From positions 1-37,177 of the forward strand of contig JAAYXZ010000004.1 in NCBI GenBank assembly GCA_012515635.1: a DNA stretch of 37,177 nt, given 5' to 3'. Origin of the DNA: Elusimicrobiota bacterium (lineage in GTDB: Bacteria > Ratteibacteria > UBA8468 > B48-G9 > JAFGKM01). Made by a program: the position numbers and the translations under genes. Shown piece after piece: positions 16,757 through 24,914 of the stretch; position 1 is the first letter of the stretch, and each line of letters opens with the position of its first letter. The notes under the pieces are model-generated. The model did not search any database and was not told where the DNA came from. It saw nothing but the letters and a program-made list of their open reading frames with translations.

Positions 16757-17353
16757 ATGAAACTATTTAGAGTGGCTTTGGTGTGTGTGTTGTTTGGACT
16801 TCTTGCAGGATGTCAGACCGCAAAGAAACAGCATATAGTAGAAAAAGATTCTGCTTCAACTCTTGTAACGCCGGGCGAAGACGCTATTGAAGAAACAACC
16901 GAAGGCAAGGCATCAGAAGAAGATATAGCAAAAGCGATAAAAGATGAGCCCATCCCCGCAACAAGAATCCCGGAAGATAGCCATTTTATAGCGCCTGCTG
17001 AAATTAGTGAAGAGATGGCACAGATATTTAAGAATATCCCCTTTGACTTTGATTCATACGCTATCCAACCCAACGCAAGACCGATTCTCAACACCATTGG
17101 AAAATACCTGTTAGAAAATGCTGAGGTAATAGTCATGATTGAAGGACACTGCGATGAACGCGGAACAAGAGAATATAACCTTGTGCTGGGCGAACAAAGA
17201 GCCCTAAGCGTAAGAAGATTTTTAGTTTCACTGGGCGTTGCATCAGACAGGTTATACACCGTCAGTTATGGGAAGGACAAACCTCTGGATACAGCAAGCA
17301 ATGAAGATGCATGGGCTAAAAACAGAAGGGCAGAGTTCAAGATAGCAAAATAA
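16757..17353 (+). CDS. pal: peptidoglycan-associated lipoprotein (OmpA-like C-terminal domain)
   Basis: MKLFRVALVCVLFGLLAGC contains a lipobox. An acidic linker follows. FDFDSYAIQP...IEGHCDERGTREYNLVLGEQRA...NRRAEFKI is the canonical Pal/OmpA_C motif. The start is set at the internal ATG behind AGGAGG. Confidence 0.88.
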   Translation: MKLFRVALVCVLFGLLAGCQTAKKQHIVEKDSASTLVTPGEDAIEETTEGKASEEDIAKAIKDEPIPATRIPEDSHFIAPAEISEEMAQIFKNIPFDFDSYAIQPNARPILNTIGKYLLENAEVIVMIEGHCDERGTREYNLVLGEQRALSVRRFLVSLGVASDRLYTVSYGKDKPLDTASNEDAWAKNRRAEFKIAK

Positions 17354-17355
17354 AA

Positions 17356-18147
17356 ATGAATAGGTTCATTTTAATAGGTTGCGGATTGCTTTTAGCGCTA
17401 TCCGGATGTATTGCCACACAAACAGATGTGGGCGTTGTCCAGGAAAAGGTCTCTTATGTTGAAGAGGACCTCTATTCTACTACCAAAGCGCTCGTTAAGC
17501 GTATGGATACCATTGAAGAAAACAATAAGAAGAGTTTTTCATCTCTCTCTACAAGGGTGGACAACCTTGAGGCCCAACGCGCCATACTGGCTGACGAGAT
17601 AACGAAGTTAAGCGCTGAAATTAAAGAAGTTTCCGGAAAGATAGATGAACTCAACTATGCCTATAACACGCAGTTAAAGGAAGGGCAGGAGACCGCCCAG
17701 AGCAAAGAATTTGAATTGCGACGCGATATGGAAGGATTGAAAAAAACATATACGGACATTATCACATCCATCTCAACATTGAACCAAAATCTTGCCGCGA
17801 TGCAGAATGATATCTTTACCATTAACAAAGCGCAGATATCTATCGGAGAGGGTCTCAACACAACATCAAATGACATACAGGAATTGACAGATAAACAAAC
17901 CAATCTGGAATCAAAGATAGACGATACCATTCAGGTGTTTCTCAACGAACTCACAAGACAAGAGAGTGAACTCTATTACTTGAAACATCAGGCAGAGGAC
18001 AAAAAACCCAAGACCTATATCGTGAAAAGCGGGGACTCTCTCGGAAAAATTGCGGAGCAATTCAGAACAACAATAAGTGAAATCAAAAAAACCAATAATC
18101 TGAAGAGTGATATTGTGTATATAGGGCAGAAACTCACTATACCTTAA
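17356..18147 (+). CDS. lipoprotein with a long coiled-coil region and a C-terminal LysM domain
   Basis: MNRFILIGCGLLLALSGC contains a lipobox. About 180 aa are heptad-rich (E/K/Q/L-rich). The C-terminal YIVKSGDSLGKIAEQFRTTISEIKKTNNLKSDIVYIGQKLTIP is a LysM motif. It starts 2 nt after the pal stop. Confidence 0.75.
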   Translation: MNRFILIGCGLLLALSGCIATQTDVGVVQEKVSYVEEDLYSTTKALVKRMDTIEENNKKSFSSLSTRVDNLEAQRAILADEITKLSAEIKEVSGKIDELNYAYNTQLKEGQETAQSKEFELRRDMEGLKKTYTDIITSISTLNQNLAAMQNDIFTINKAQISIGEGLNTTSNDIQELTDKQTNLESKIDDTIQVFLNELTRQESELYYLKHQAEDKKPKTYIVKSGDSLGKIAEQFRTTISEIKKTNNLKSDIVYIGQKLTIP

Positions 18148-18267
18148 CAATGCTCTAACCTGCCATATATGTTATCCCCAAAATACAACCATACATAACT
18201 TTACAATAGTGGTGGACAGGTCTTTCCTGAGAATAGCCCTGTGTGGGAAGGAATACAAAAAAAAGAG

Positions 18268-18339
18268 CGCCCCCAGCCGGATTCGAACCGGCCCGCCCAC
18301 CTTGAAAGAGTGGTGACCTATCCACTAGTCGATGGGGGC
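18268..18339 (-). tRNA. tRNA-Glu (anticodon UUC), no encoded CCA
   Basis: Folded by hand. Acceptor GCCCCCA/TGGGGGC. D-arm GACT-AGTGGATA-GGTC. Anticodon arm CCACT-CTTTCAA-GGTGG. T-arm GCCGG-TTCGAAT-CCGGC. Discriminator G. 72 nt. A T-run follows. Confidence 0.85.
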
Positions 18340-18351
18340 ATAAGAAGCTTT

Positions 18352-18381
18352 ATTATATACTCTTTTCACTCCTTCTGTCAA
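18352..18381 (-). promoter_or_regulatory. consensus promoter for tRNA-Glu (TTGACA-18-TATAAT)
   Basis: Minus strand reads TTGACA gaaggagtgaaaagagta TATAAT aaagcttcttat GCCCCC (mature 5' end of the tRNA). Confidence 0.55.
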
Positions 18382-18625
18382 AACCTATGCTCGCTCAAAC
18401 GATTATTTGACAATAATTGAGGGAGAAGCATAAAATAATAGGGACTCTTAAAATTAAACCGCTATATGAATAAAGAGTTCAAAGAGAAGGTTCATCCGTC
18501 TGGCTTACGCATATACATAGGCGGTCACTCTTTCAAACAAAGAGCAAATATTAACAGGCAATAGCAGTGCTGCTATCCTTAAAGGAGACAGGAGTTAAGT
18601 TGGTTGTGTTCAACTTATTATTACT

Positions 18626-19906
18626 ATGTGTTTTTATCTTTTCATCTACAATATTTTGCTTTTATTGTCGCTTTTGTTATCTTTGCCTTTTATATGGAAA
18701 AAGATAAAACCTGATACGGAGTTCCCTTCGGGATTCAAAGAACGGCTTGGGATATACGACAAAACAACGACAGAAAAACTTAAAAAACAGAAAAATATAT
18801 GGATACATACGGTATCCATCGGCGAGTTTCTCTCCATAACACCTCTTATAAAAAAGATACAGGAAGAGTATGAAAACAACATAGTGGTTACCTTTGCCAC
18901 AAAGACAGGCAGACGTGTTGCCAAGCAAAAAATTGGAAATGTTGTATATCTGTTCTTCCCTATAGACCTATATCCTGTGATGAGTAATGCTATAAAAAGA
19001 ATTAACCCTGAACTTATCGTTATCGTAGAGACAGAACTCTGGGCGAACCTTTTACATATAGCGCGCAGACATAAAATACCTGTGGTGTTGATAAACGGCA
19101 GGCTATCTCCTTTCTCCTATTCAAAATATAAAAAATTCAGGTTCTTCTCAAAGAGAGTTCTGCCTTTGTTTTCCTCCATTACAATGAGGTCGGAAAATGA
19201 GGCGGACCAACTTATTTCCTTAGGCGCTGAAAGAAAAAATATACAGGTAGTGGGAAGCATGAAGTTTGACCTTGCTTACGAGATGAGCCAAAGAATCAAC
19301 GCTGATAAGGTAAAAGAATCTCTGGGAATAGAACAAAACAGGGAGATAGTGATATTCGGTTCGCTCCACACAGAAGAGGAAGAGCCAATCATTAATGTTG
19401 CAGAAAAACTGCTGAAACAATTTAAGGATTTATTAGTGGTAATCGTCCCCCGCTACCTTGATAAAACAGGAGTATTTCATATCTTGAACGGCAGAGAACT
19501 GAACTATATACGTAAAAGCGAAATGCCGAGTGATAAACAATATTCCATAATTGTTGTTGATACTTACGGCGATTTGAATAATTTTTATGCTATATCAGAG
19601 TTCGCATTTGTCGGCGGAAGTTTACACAGATGGGGCGGACAGAATCCTATTGAACCTCTCGCCTTCAAAAAAACCGTTCTTTTCGGTCCTTATCATTGGC
19701 ACTTCAAAGAGGAGTGGAGAAAGATAAAAGAGAGCGGGGGAATAGAGGTCTCCGATTATAATGAACTCTATAAAGAGTGTCTCCGTTTGATTAAAGACTC
19801 TGAGGAACGCAGACGGTTAGGAGACGCTGGTTATCAGGCACTCCTTAAAAATACGGGGGCAACAGAGCACAACCTTAAGGTTATGCTCCGATTCATCAGA
19901 CAGTAA
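18626..19906 (+). CDS. waaA: 3-deoxy-D-manno-octulosonic acid (Kdo) transferase
   Basis: 426-aa ORF with an N-terminal membrane anchor, the IWIHTVSIGEF motif (compare IWLHAVSVGE in WaaA) and C-terminal GT-B motifs (FVGGSL...GGQNPIEP). Confidence 0.87.
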   Translation: MCFYLFIYNILLLLSLLLSLPFIWKKIKPDTEFPSGFKERLGIYDKTTTEKLKKQKNIWIHTVSIGEFLSITPLIKKIQEEYENNIVVTFATKTGRRVAKQKIGNVVYLFFPIDLYPVMSNAIKRINPELIVIVETELWANLLHIARRHKIPVVLINGRLSPFSYSKYKKFRFFSKRVLPLFSSITMRSENEADQLISLGAERKNIQVVGSMKFDLAYEMSQRINADKVKESLGIEQNREIVIFGSLHTEEEEPIINVAEKLLKQFKDLLVVIVPRYLDKTGVFHILNGRELNYIRKSEMPSDKQYSIIVVDTYGDLNNFYAISEFAFVGGSLHRWGGQNPIEPLAFKKTVLFGPYHWHFKEEWRKIKESGGIEVSDYNELYKECLRLIKDSEERRRLGDAGYQALLKNTGATEHNLKVMLRFIRQ

Positions 19907-19916
19907 GAGAATCATA

Positions 19917-22517
19917 TCAATTTTTAGTTTTTGTGTCCCGAGTTTTTTTGAACACAAGCGCCCCATCTTTTATATTCACCATTACACTGCTTCCTGCGCT
20001 TATTTCCCCTGAAAGAACCTTTACAGCAAGCGGATTTTCTATCTCTCTTTGGATAAGACGCTTCAACGGTCTTGCTCCGTATGTCTCGTCATACCCTTTT
20101 TCGGTAAGGTAATTTTTCACTTCATCCGAAAAAGAGAGTTGTATCTTTTGCTGTTCCAAGCGCTCTTTTAAATACCCTGCCTGTATATCCACTATTTTTA
20201 ACAAGTCCTCTTTTCTTAATTTTCTGAAGATAATAACTTCATCCACCCTGTTCAAAAATTCCGGTCTGAATGATGCCCTTAATACCTCTGTCACCTTTTC
20301 CCTCATTGCCTCTTCATCTTTAAACATGGTGATATATTGGCTTCCGATATTGGATGTCATTATGATAACTGTATTCCTGAAGTCCACAGTGCGGCCCTGT
20401 CCGTCTGTAAGACGCCCGTCATCAAGAACCTGCAAAAGCAGATTAAAGACCTCAGTATGCGCCTTTTCCATCTCATCCAGCAAAATCACGCTATAAGGTC
20501 TTCTTCTAACCTTCTCTGTGAGTTGCCCCCCTTCCTCATAACCCACATAGCCGGGAGGCGCCCCTATAAGCCGCGATATAGAATATTTCTCCGTATATTC
20601 GCTCATATCAATACGGACAAGCGCATTCTCGTCATTAAAAAGGACCTCTGCAAGGGTCTTGGCGAGTTCTGTCTTTCCAACACCCGTAGGCCCCAAAAAA
20701 ATAAATGAACCGATAGGCCGTCTCGGGTCTGACAACCCCGCTCTGTTCCTTCTTATCGCATTGGAGACAGCGCCTATTGCCTCATCTTGCCCCACCACTC
20801 TTAAGGAAAGGCGATTCTCCATCTTAATAAGTTTCTCAATCTCTCCCTCAAGCATTCTCGTAACAGGTATGCCCGTCCATTTTGAAACAATCTCGGCTAT
20901 ATCTTCGTCAGTAACCTCATCCTTTAAGAGAACACCCTCTTTCCCCTGTATTTCTTTAAATCTTGCCGTCTCTTCTTCCAGATTTTTCTGCAATTCTATA
21001 AGTTTTCCGTACTTATATTCTGCGGCTTTATCAAGGTTTCCTTCTCTTTGCGCTCTCTCTACTATATTTTTGGCATCTTCTATCTTGCCTTGTATCTCTC
21101 TGATTTTTTCAACAACACCTTTCTCCGAAAGCCACTTGGCTTTTAAATGTTGTCGCTCTTTCTTCAACGTTTCTAATTCGTCGTTCACTTTTTTGAGAGA
21201 CTCTTTCGTGTCAATCCCCGCCTCTTTTGTCAATGCCTGCCGTTCTATCTCAAGTTGCACTATCTTTCTCTCTATTTCGTCCAGTTCTGCCGGCATACTA
21301 TCCATCTCTATCCGCAACCTGCTGGCTGCCTCGTCCACAAGGTCTATCGCCTTATCAGGCAAAAACCGTCCCGAGATATACCTGCTTGACAGAACAGCCG
21401 CCGCCACAATAGCGCTATCGGTAATTCTAACTCCGTGATGAACCTCATATCTCTCTTTTAGTCCCCTTAAAATTGATATTGTCTCCTCTACCGTCGGTTC
21501 CTTGACATAGATAACCTGAAATCTTCTTTCAAGGGCCCTGTCTTTTTCTATGTATTTCCTGTATTCATCCAACGTTGTAGCCCCTACAACCTTTAGCCCT
21601 CTGGCAAGCATCGGCTTCAACATATTTGACGCATCTATAGCCCCCTCAGCGCTTCCTGCTCCGACAAGCGTATGGAGTTCATCAATAAACAAAATTATCT
21701 CCCCTTCGCTCTTTTCTATCTCTTTAAGCAGCGCTTTCAAGCGGTCTTCAAACTCTCCTCGGAATTTCGTTCCCGCAACAAGCGAGCCGATATCCAGCCC
21801 TAATATTCGCTTGTTCTTTAACTGTTCAGGGATATCCCCCGAAACAACCCTTCTTGCCAACCCTTCCACTATTGCGGATTTACCAACGCCCGCTTCCCCT
21901 ATAAGCACAGGGTTATTCTTTGTTCTTCTTGAGAGAACCTGTATAATCCTTCTTATCTCTTCATCTCTCCCTATAACAGGGTCTAACTTGCCTTTTCTTG
22001 CAAGGTCAGTAAAATCCCGCGTATATTTTTCCAGTACTTTGTATTTGTTTTCCGCATCTTTATCCATAATTTTTTCTCCGTCTCTTATCTGTTCTATTAT
22101 CTTTAATAACCTGTCTTTAAAAATACCGTATTTTTTAAAGATTTCGGATACCTCTGAAGACTGCTCGGCGAGAGCAAGCAATAAATGCTCAATACTGACA
22201 TACTTATCCCCCATCGTCTCCGCTGCTTTTTCGGCTTTATTAAGGACAGAATCAAGTTGTCGGCTTATATAGAACCCTTCAGCCCCGGGACCTGTAACCT
22301 CCGGTAGTTTATCTATTGCGATATCAATATCTTCTTGCAGTTTTGAAAGGGATACCCCCATCTGTTTCAGTATGTCTATAACTATATCTTCCGCTAAAAG
22401 AGATAATAGCAGATGGGGCGGGGCAATAACCTGATGATTCCTCTTCTGCGCTATAGAATGCGCATTCACCAAAGATTTCTGCGCCCTATCCGTGAGTTTT
22501 TCATTTATGTTTTCCAT
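19917..22517 (-). CDS. clpB: ATP-dependent chaperone/disaggregase ClpB
   Basis: 866-aa ORF with two AAA+ modules (GEAGVGKSAIVEGLA and GPTGVGKTELAKTLA Walker A), a long middle coiled-coil domain and a Clp N-domain. Confidence 0.95.
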   Translation of the reverse strand: MENINEKLTDRAQKSLVNAHSIAQKRNHQVIAPPHLLLSLLAEDIVIDILKQMGVSLSKLQEDIDIAIDKLPEVTGPGAEGFYISRQLDSVLNKAEKAAETMGDKYVSIEHLLLALAEQSSEVSEIFKKYGIFKDRLLKIIEQIRDGEKIMDKDAENKYKVLEKYTRDFTDLARKGKLDPVIGRDEEIRRIIQVLSRRTKNNPVLIGEAGVGKSAIVEGLARRVVSGDIPEQLKNKRILGLDIGSLVAGTKFRGEFEDRLKALLKEIEKSEGEIILFIDELHTLVGAGSAEGAIDASNMLKPMLARGLKVVGATTLDEYRKYIEKDRALERRFQVIYVKEPTVEETISILRGLKERYEVHHGVRITDSAIVAAAVLSSRYISGRFLPDKAIDLVDEAASRLRIEMDSMPAELDEIERKIVQLEIERQALTKEAGIDTKESLKKVNDELETLKKERQHLKAKWLSEKGVVEKIREIQGKIEDAKNIVERAQREGNLDKAAEYKYGKLIELQKNLEEETARFKEIQGKEGVLLKDEVTDEDIAEIVSKWTGIPVTRMLEGEIEKLIKMENRLSLRVVGQDEAIGAVSNAIRRNRAGLSDPRRPIGSFIFLGPTGVGKTELAKTLAEVLFNDENALVRIDMSEYTEKYSISRLIGAPPGYVGYEEGGQLTEKVRRRPYSVILLDEMEKAHTEVFNLLLQVLDDGRLTDGQGRTVDFRNTVIIMTSNIGSQYITMFKDEEAMREKVTEVLRASFRPEFLNRVDEVIIFRKLRKEDLLKIVDIQAGYLKERLEQQKIQLSFSDEVKNYLTEKGYDETYGARPLKRLIQREIENPLAVKVLSGEISAGSSVMVNIKDGALVFKKTRDTKTKN

Positions 22518-22585
22518 ATCTGTTAGATGAAATTTGGAGGTAAAAAGTTACAACATCAGCGCCAGAAACTTTTTTGCTATAATGA

Positions 22586-22960
22586 TTATTCCTGTTCTAA
22601 GAAAAAGGCGCATTCCAAAGGTCCTAATCTGATTTTATCATTATCCTTCAATGGGTAGAGGTTTTTTGTTTCAATCTGCTCATCATTGATAAATGTGCCG
22701 TAGTTGCTACCTTCTCCGGTGGTTCCAACATCTTCAATATACCATTCGCCCTCTTGCTTAATAATCCGCGCATGTATTCTTGAGACCTTCATAAGTTCTT
22801 TAACCATCTCCTTCTGAAAAGCAAGGGACAACCTGCTAAATAAATTATAATCCGGAATAGTTATATCATTGCTGTTCATCCGTCCTATATAAAACTCATC
22901 CTTCTCCCGTAAAAGATACTCTTTCTGCATAAACGGATAACCGAATACAAGTTTTGCCAT
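22586..22960 (-). CDS. stand-alone FHA-domain protein
   Basis: 124-aa ORF. YIGRMNSNDITIPD...VSRIHARIIKQEGEWYIEDVG...SNYGTFINDEQI...LKDNDKIRLG matches the FHA pattern (GR..., SR.HA.i, S.NGt.vN). It starts 4 nt after the lgt stop. Confidence 0.8.
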   Translation of the reverse strand: MAKLVFGYPFMQKEYLLREKDEFYIGRMNSNDITIPDYNLFSRLSLAFQKEMVKELMKVSRIHARIIKQEGEWYIEDVGTTGEGSNYGTFINDEQIETKNLYPLKDNDKIRLGPLECAFFLEQE

Positions 22961-22964
22961 CTCT

Positions 22965-23702
22965 TTATCTATTCTCAGAAAGTATAGAGATTAACCAACC
23001 GATACCGATGATAAAAAGCACCAACGCTATTATTTGTGTAGCATAAAGTCCTACAAATGTTAAAACTAAATCGCCTCTTAATATATCCACCACATACCTG
23101 ATAAAGGCGAACCCCAGCAGATAGAAGGAGAACACTATGCCCGGCTTAAGACGTCTCTTAAAAAGTTCTCTTAAAAAAATAAATAACACTATATACAACG
23201 CTGAATAGTATAACTCTGTAGGATGTAATTTATCAGGAGAAAACGGAAACCTCACTCCTGTGAAAAACTCTGTAGGTCTTCCATAGCAACACCCGTTAAA
23301 AAAACATCCGATTCTTCCGATTGCCTGACCTAACGGAGTGGCAAGAGCAATAATATCAAGCATCTCTCTCAGATTAAATCTTTTAATCCTTGAATAGATA
23401 TTAACAAATATCAGAGCGGATATAACCGCACCCTCAATCGCCAGCCCACCGTTTCTTATTCTTATTATGTCAAACGGACGGCGATAATAATATGGAGCAT
23501 GAACAACTATATGCAAAAATCTGCCGCCAATCAACCCCCAGACAATTAACCAGAACAAAAGAGACGAGACAAGTTGCGGTGAATACCCCTGCTTCAGAGA
23601 TTGTCTCTGAAATATAGAGCCGCTCAACAAAACACCCGCCGCCACAAATACCCCATACCAATATATAGCAAAACTACCTATCCGCAGGCACTCCGGATAC
23701 AT
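22965..23702 (-). CDS. lgt: phosphatidylglycerol--prolipoprotein diacylglyceryl transferase
   Basis: IGSFAIYWYGVFVAAGVLL, GGRFLHIV, RNGGLAIEGAVI and GRIGCFFNGCCYGRPT are Lgt signatures. The start is taken at ATG 23702 (MYPECLRIG...), which overlaps the end of lspA. Confidence 0.88.
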   Translation of the reverse strand: MYPECLRIGSFAIYWYGVFVAAGVLLSGSIFQRQSLKQGYSPQLVSSLLFWLIVWGLIGGRFLHIVVHAPYYYRRPFDIIRIRNGGLAIEGAVISALIFVNIYSRIKRFNLREMLDIIALATPLGQAIGRIGCFFNGCCYGRPTEFFTGVRFPFSPDKLHPTELYYSALYIVLFIFLRELFKRRLKPGIVFSFYLLGFAFIRYVVDILRGDLVLTFVGLYATQIIALVLFIIGIGWLISILSENR

Positions 23703-24150
23703 ATCTCCCTCTCTTAAAGTAATGGAAAAATATAATGGACACACCCACAACAATCAGTGTATCCGCAAAATTAAAGACGGGCCAGATATGAAAATTAATA
23801 AAATCAATTACTGCCCCTATCCTGATTCTATCTATAAGGTTTCCTATGATACCGCCTTCTATCAATCCCAGCGCAATAATAATCTGCTTATCCTTCACGT
23901 ATTCTTCAAGATACAGAAAAATCCCGACTGCGATAATGACAGAAGCGGCAATAATAATATTTTTTACGTTCAGATTATTGAGAAAACCGAAGCATATGCC
24001 CTTATTTCTGATAAGCGTAAGTGAAAAGTATCTAAATATAGATAAAGAACCGCTCTCTGATAAGAAACCCGCCACAAGATATTTAGAGAACTGGTCTATA
24101 AAGACGGAAAGAAAAACCGTTAAAAAAAACTGCCTGTGTCTATTTTCCAC
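23674..24150 (-). CDS. lspA: lipoprotein signal peptidase II
   Basis: 158-aa ORF with four TM segments. NKGICFGF, GGIIGNLIDR and VFNFADTLIVVG are LspA catalytic-Asp motifs. GTG start overlaps the upstream stop. Confidence 0.88.
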   Translation of the reverse strand: MENRHRQFFLTVFLSVFIDQFSKYLVAGFLSESGSLSIFRYFSLTLIRNKGICFGFLNNLNVKNIIIAASVIIAVGIFLYLEEYVKDKQIIIALGLIEGGIIGNLIDRIRIGAVIDFINFHIWPVFNFADTLIVVGVSIIFFHYFKRGRYVSGVPADR

Positions 24151-24493
24151 CTTTTTCCTTTTCTCTCTGACATTTTATGCAATATCGGGCATAAGGCAGC
24201 GCTTTTAATCTCGTAATGGATATCTTCTTACTGCATTCTTCACAGATGCCATATGTATTTTTTTCTATCTTGTCTATGGAGATATTGATATTTTTAAGTA
24301 TCTTTGCTTCCTCATCGGAGATATCTATGCCCAACCCTTTACCAAATTCATCTGTTCCATAATCCGCTATATGGGTAGGAATACCTTTTTCGCTGGTCCC
24401 TATACCTTCCCTGAGATACCCCAGATTCTTAAAAACACGTTCTTTCTTCTTGTTCAGGAGTTCAAGGAAATACTTCTTTTCTTTTTTATTCAT
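24140..24493 (-). CDS. DksA/TraR-family C4 zinc-finger protein
   Basis: C-terminal CEECSKKISITRLKALPYARYCIKCQ (CxxC-x17-CxxC) after a helical N-terminus. The start is set at ATG 24493, 6 nt after AGGAGG. The track ORF begins 7 codons earlier. Confidence 0.75.
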   Translation of the reverse strand: MNKKEKKYFLELLNKKKERVFKNLGYLREGIGTSEKGIPTHIADYGTDEFGKGLGIDISDEEAKILKNINISIDKIEKNTYGICEECSKKISITRLKALPYARYCIKCQREKEKGGK

Positions 24494-24503
24494 TGTTTTC
24501 CTC

Positions 24504-24914
24504 CTAAATATCAAAGATTATCTCTGATACAAAGGTCCCTTTTTCTTCCTCTGCAATCCTGAGATTATGGTATGTCGCCGCTTTTATCTCTCTCTCTACC
24601 GATATGCTCTTTCCTGTCATCTCGCACAACAGGTTTAACCCTTCTTTTTTCTTTCCAATGGATAGTCGTGTTATCTTTCCACCCATCTTTTCCATCTCCA
24701 TATAATATATCAATTCGTTCAAAAACTTAACAAGCAACTCTTCCATTGTCAGGGACGTCAGTTCTATCTTTGCCGTTTTCCCTTCCCCCGCATATTTAAC
24801 TCCCGCAAGGTAATAGAGCAGTTCTGCGGCATTAAGAAATAACTCTATAACGTCCCTTCCGTATACCCGACCTCCTATATCCGCCGTATGTTCCAAAACT
24901 TCAAAGTTCTTCAT
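24504..24914 (-). CDS. archease-family protein
   Basis: 136-aa [22 protein letters not shown]... carries the archease N-terminal EHTADIG motif, and the C-terminal [10 protein letters not shown] matches the conserved (K)x(A/V)TYH motif. The ATG lies 14 nt inside the 3' end of gyrA. Confidence 0.72.
   Translation of the reverse strand: MKNFEVLEHTADIGGRVYGRDVIELFLNAAELLYYLAGVKYAGEGKTAKIELTSLTMEELLVKFLNELIYYMEMEKMGGKITRLSIGKKKEGLNLLCEMTGKSISVEREIKAATYHNLRIAEEEKGTFVSEIIFDI

Noticed and set aside
18466-18564. 32-codon ORF (MNKEFKEKVHPSGLRIYIGGHSFKQRANINRQ) in the waaA leader.
   Set aside because: It has no SD, no hydrophobic or otherwise recognisable feature, and its length is within chance expectation. 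It is covered only as part of the leader observation.
22575-22583. Extended -10-like TGCTATAAT on the plus strand between clpB and the FHA gene, which could drive an RNA antisense to the FHA gene.
   Set aside because: It is a single element with no matching -35, in an AT-rich 68-nt spacer. I see no downstream structure or ORF to support a dedicated antisense transcript.
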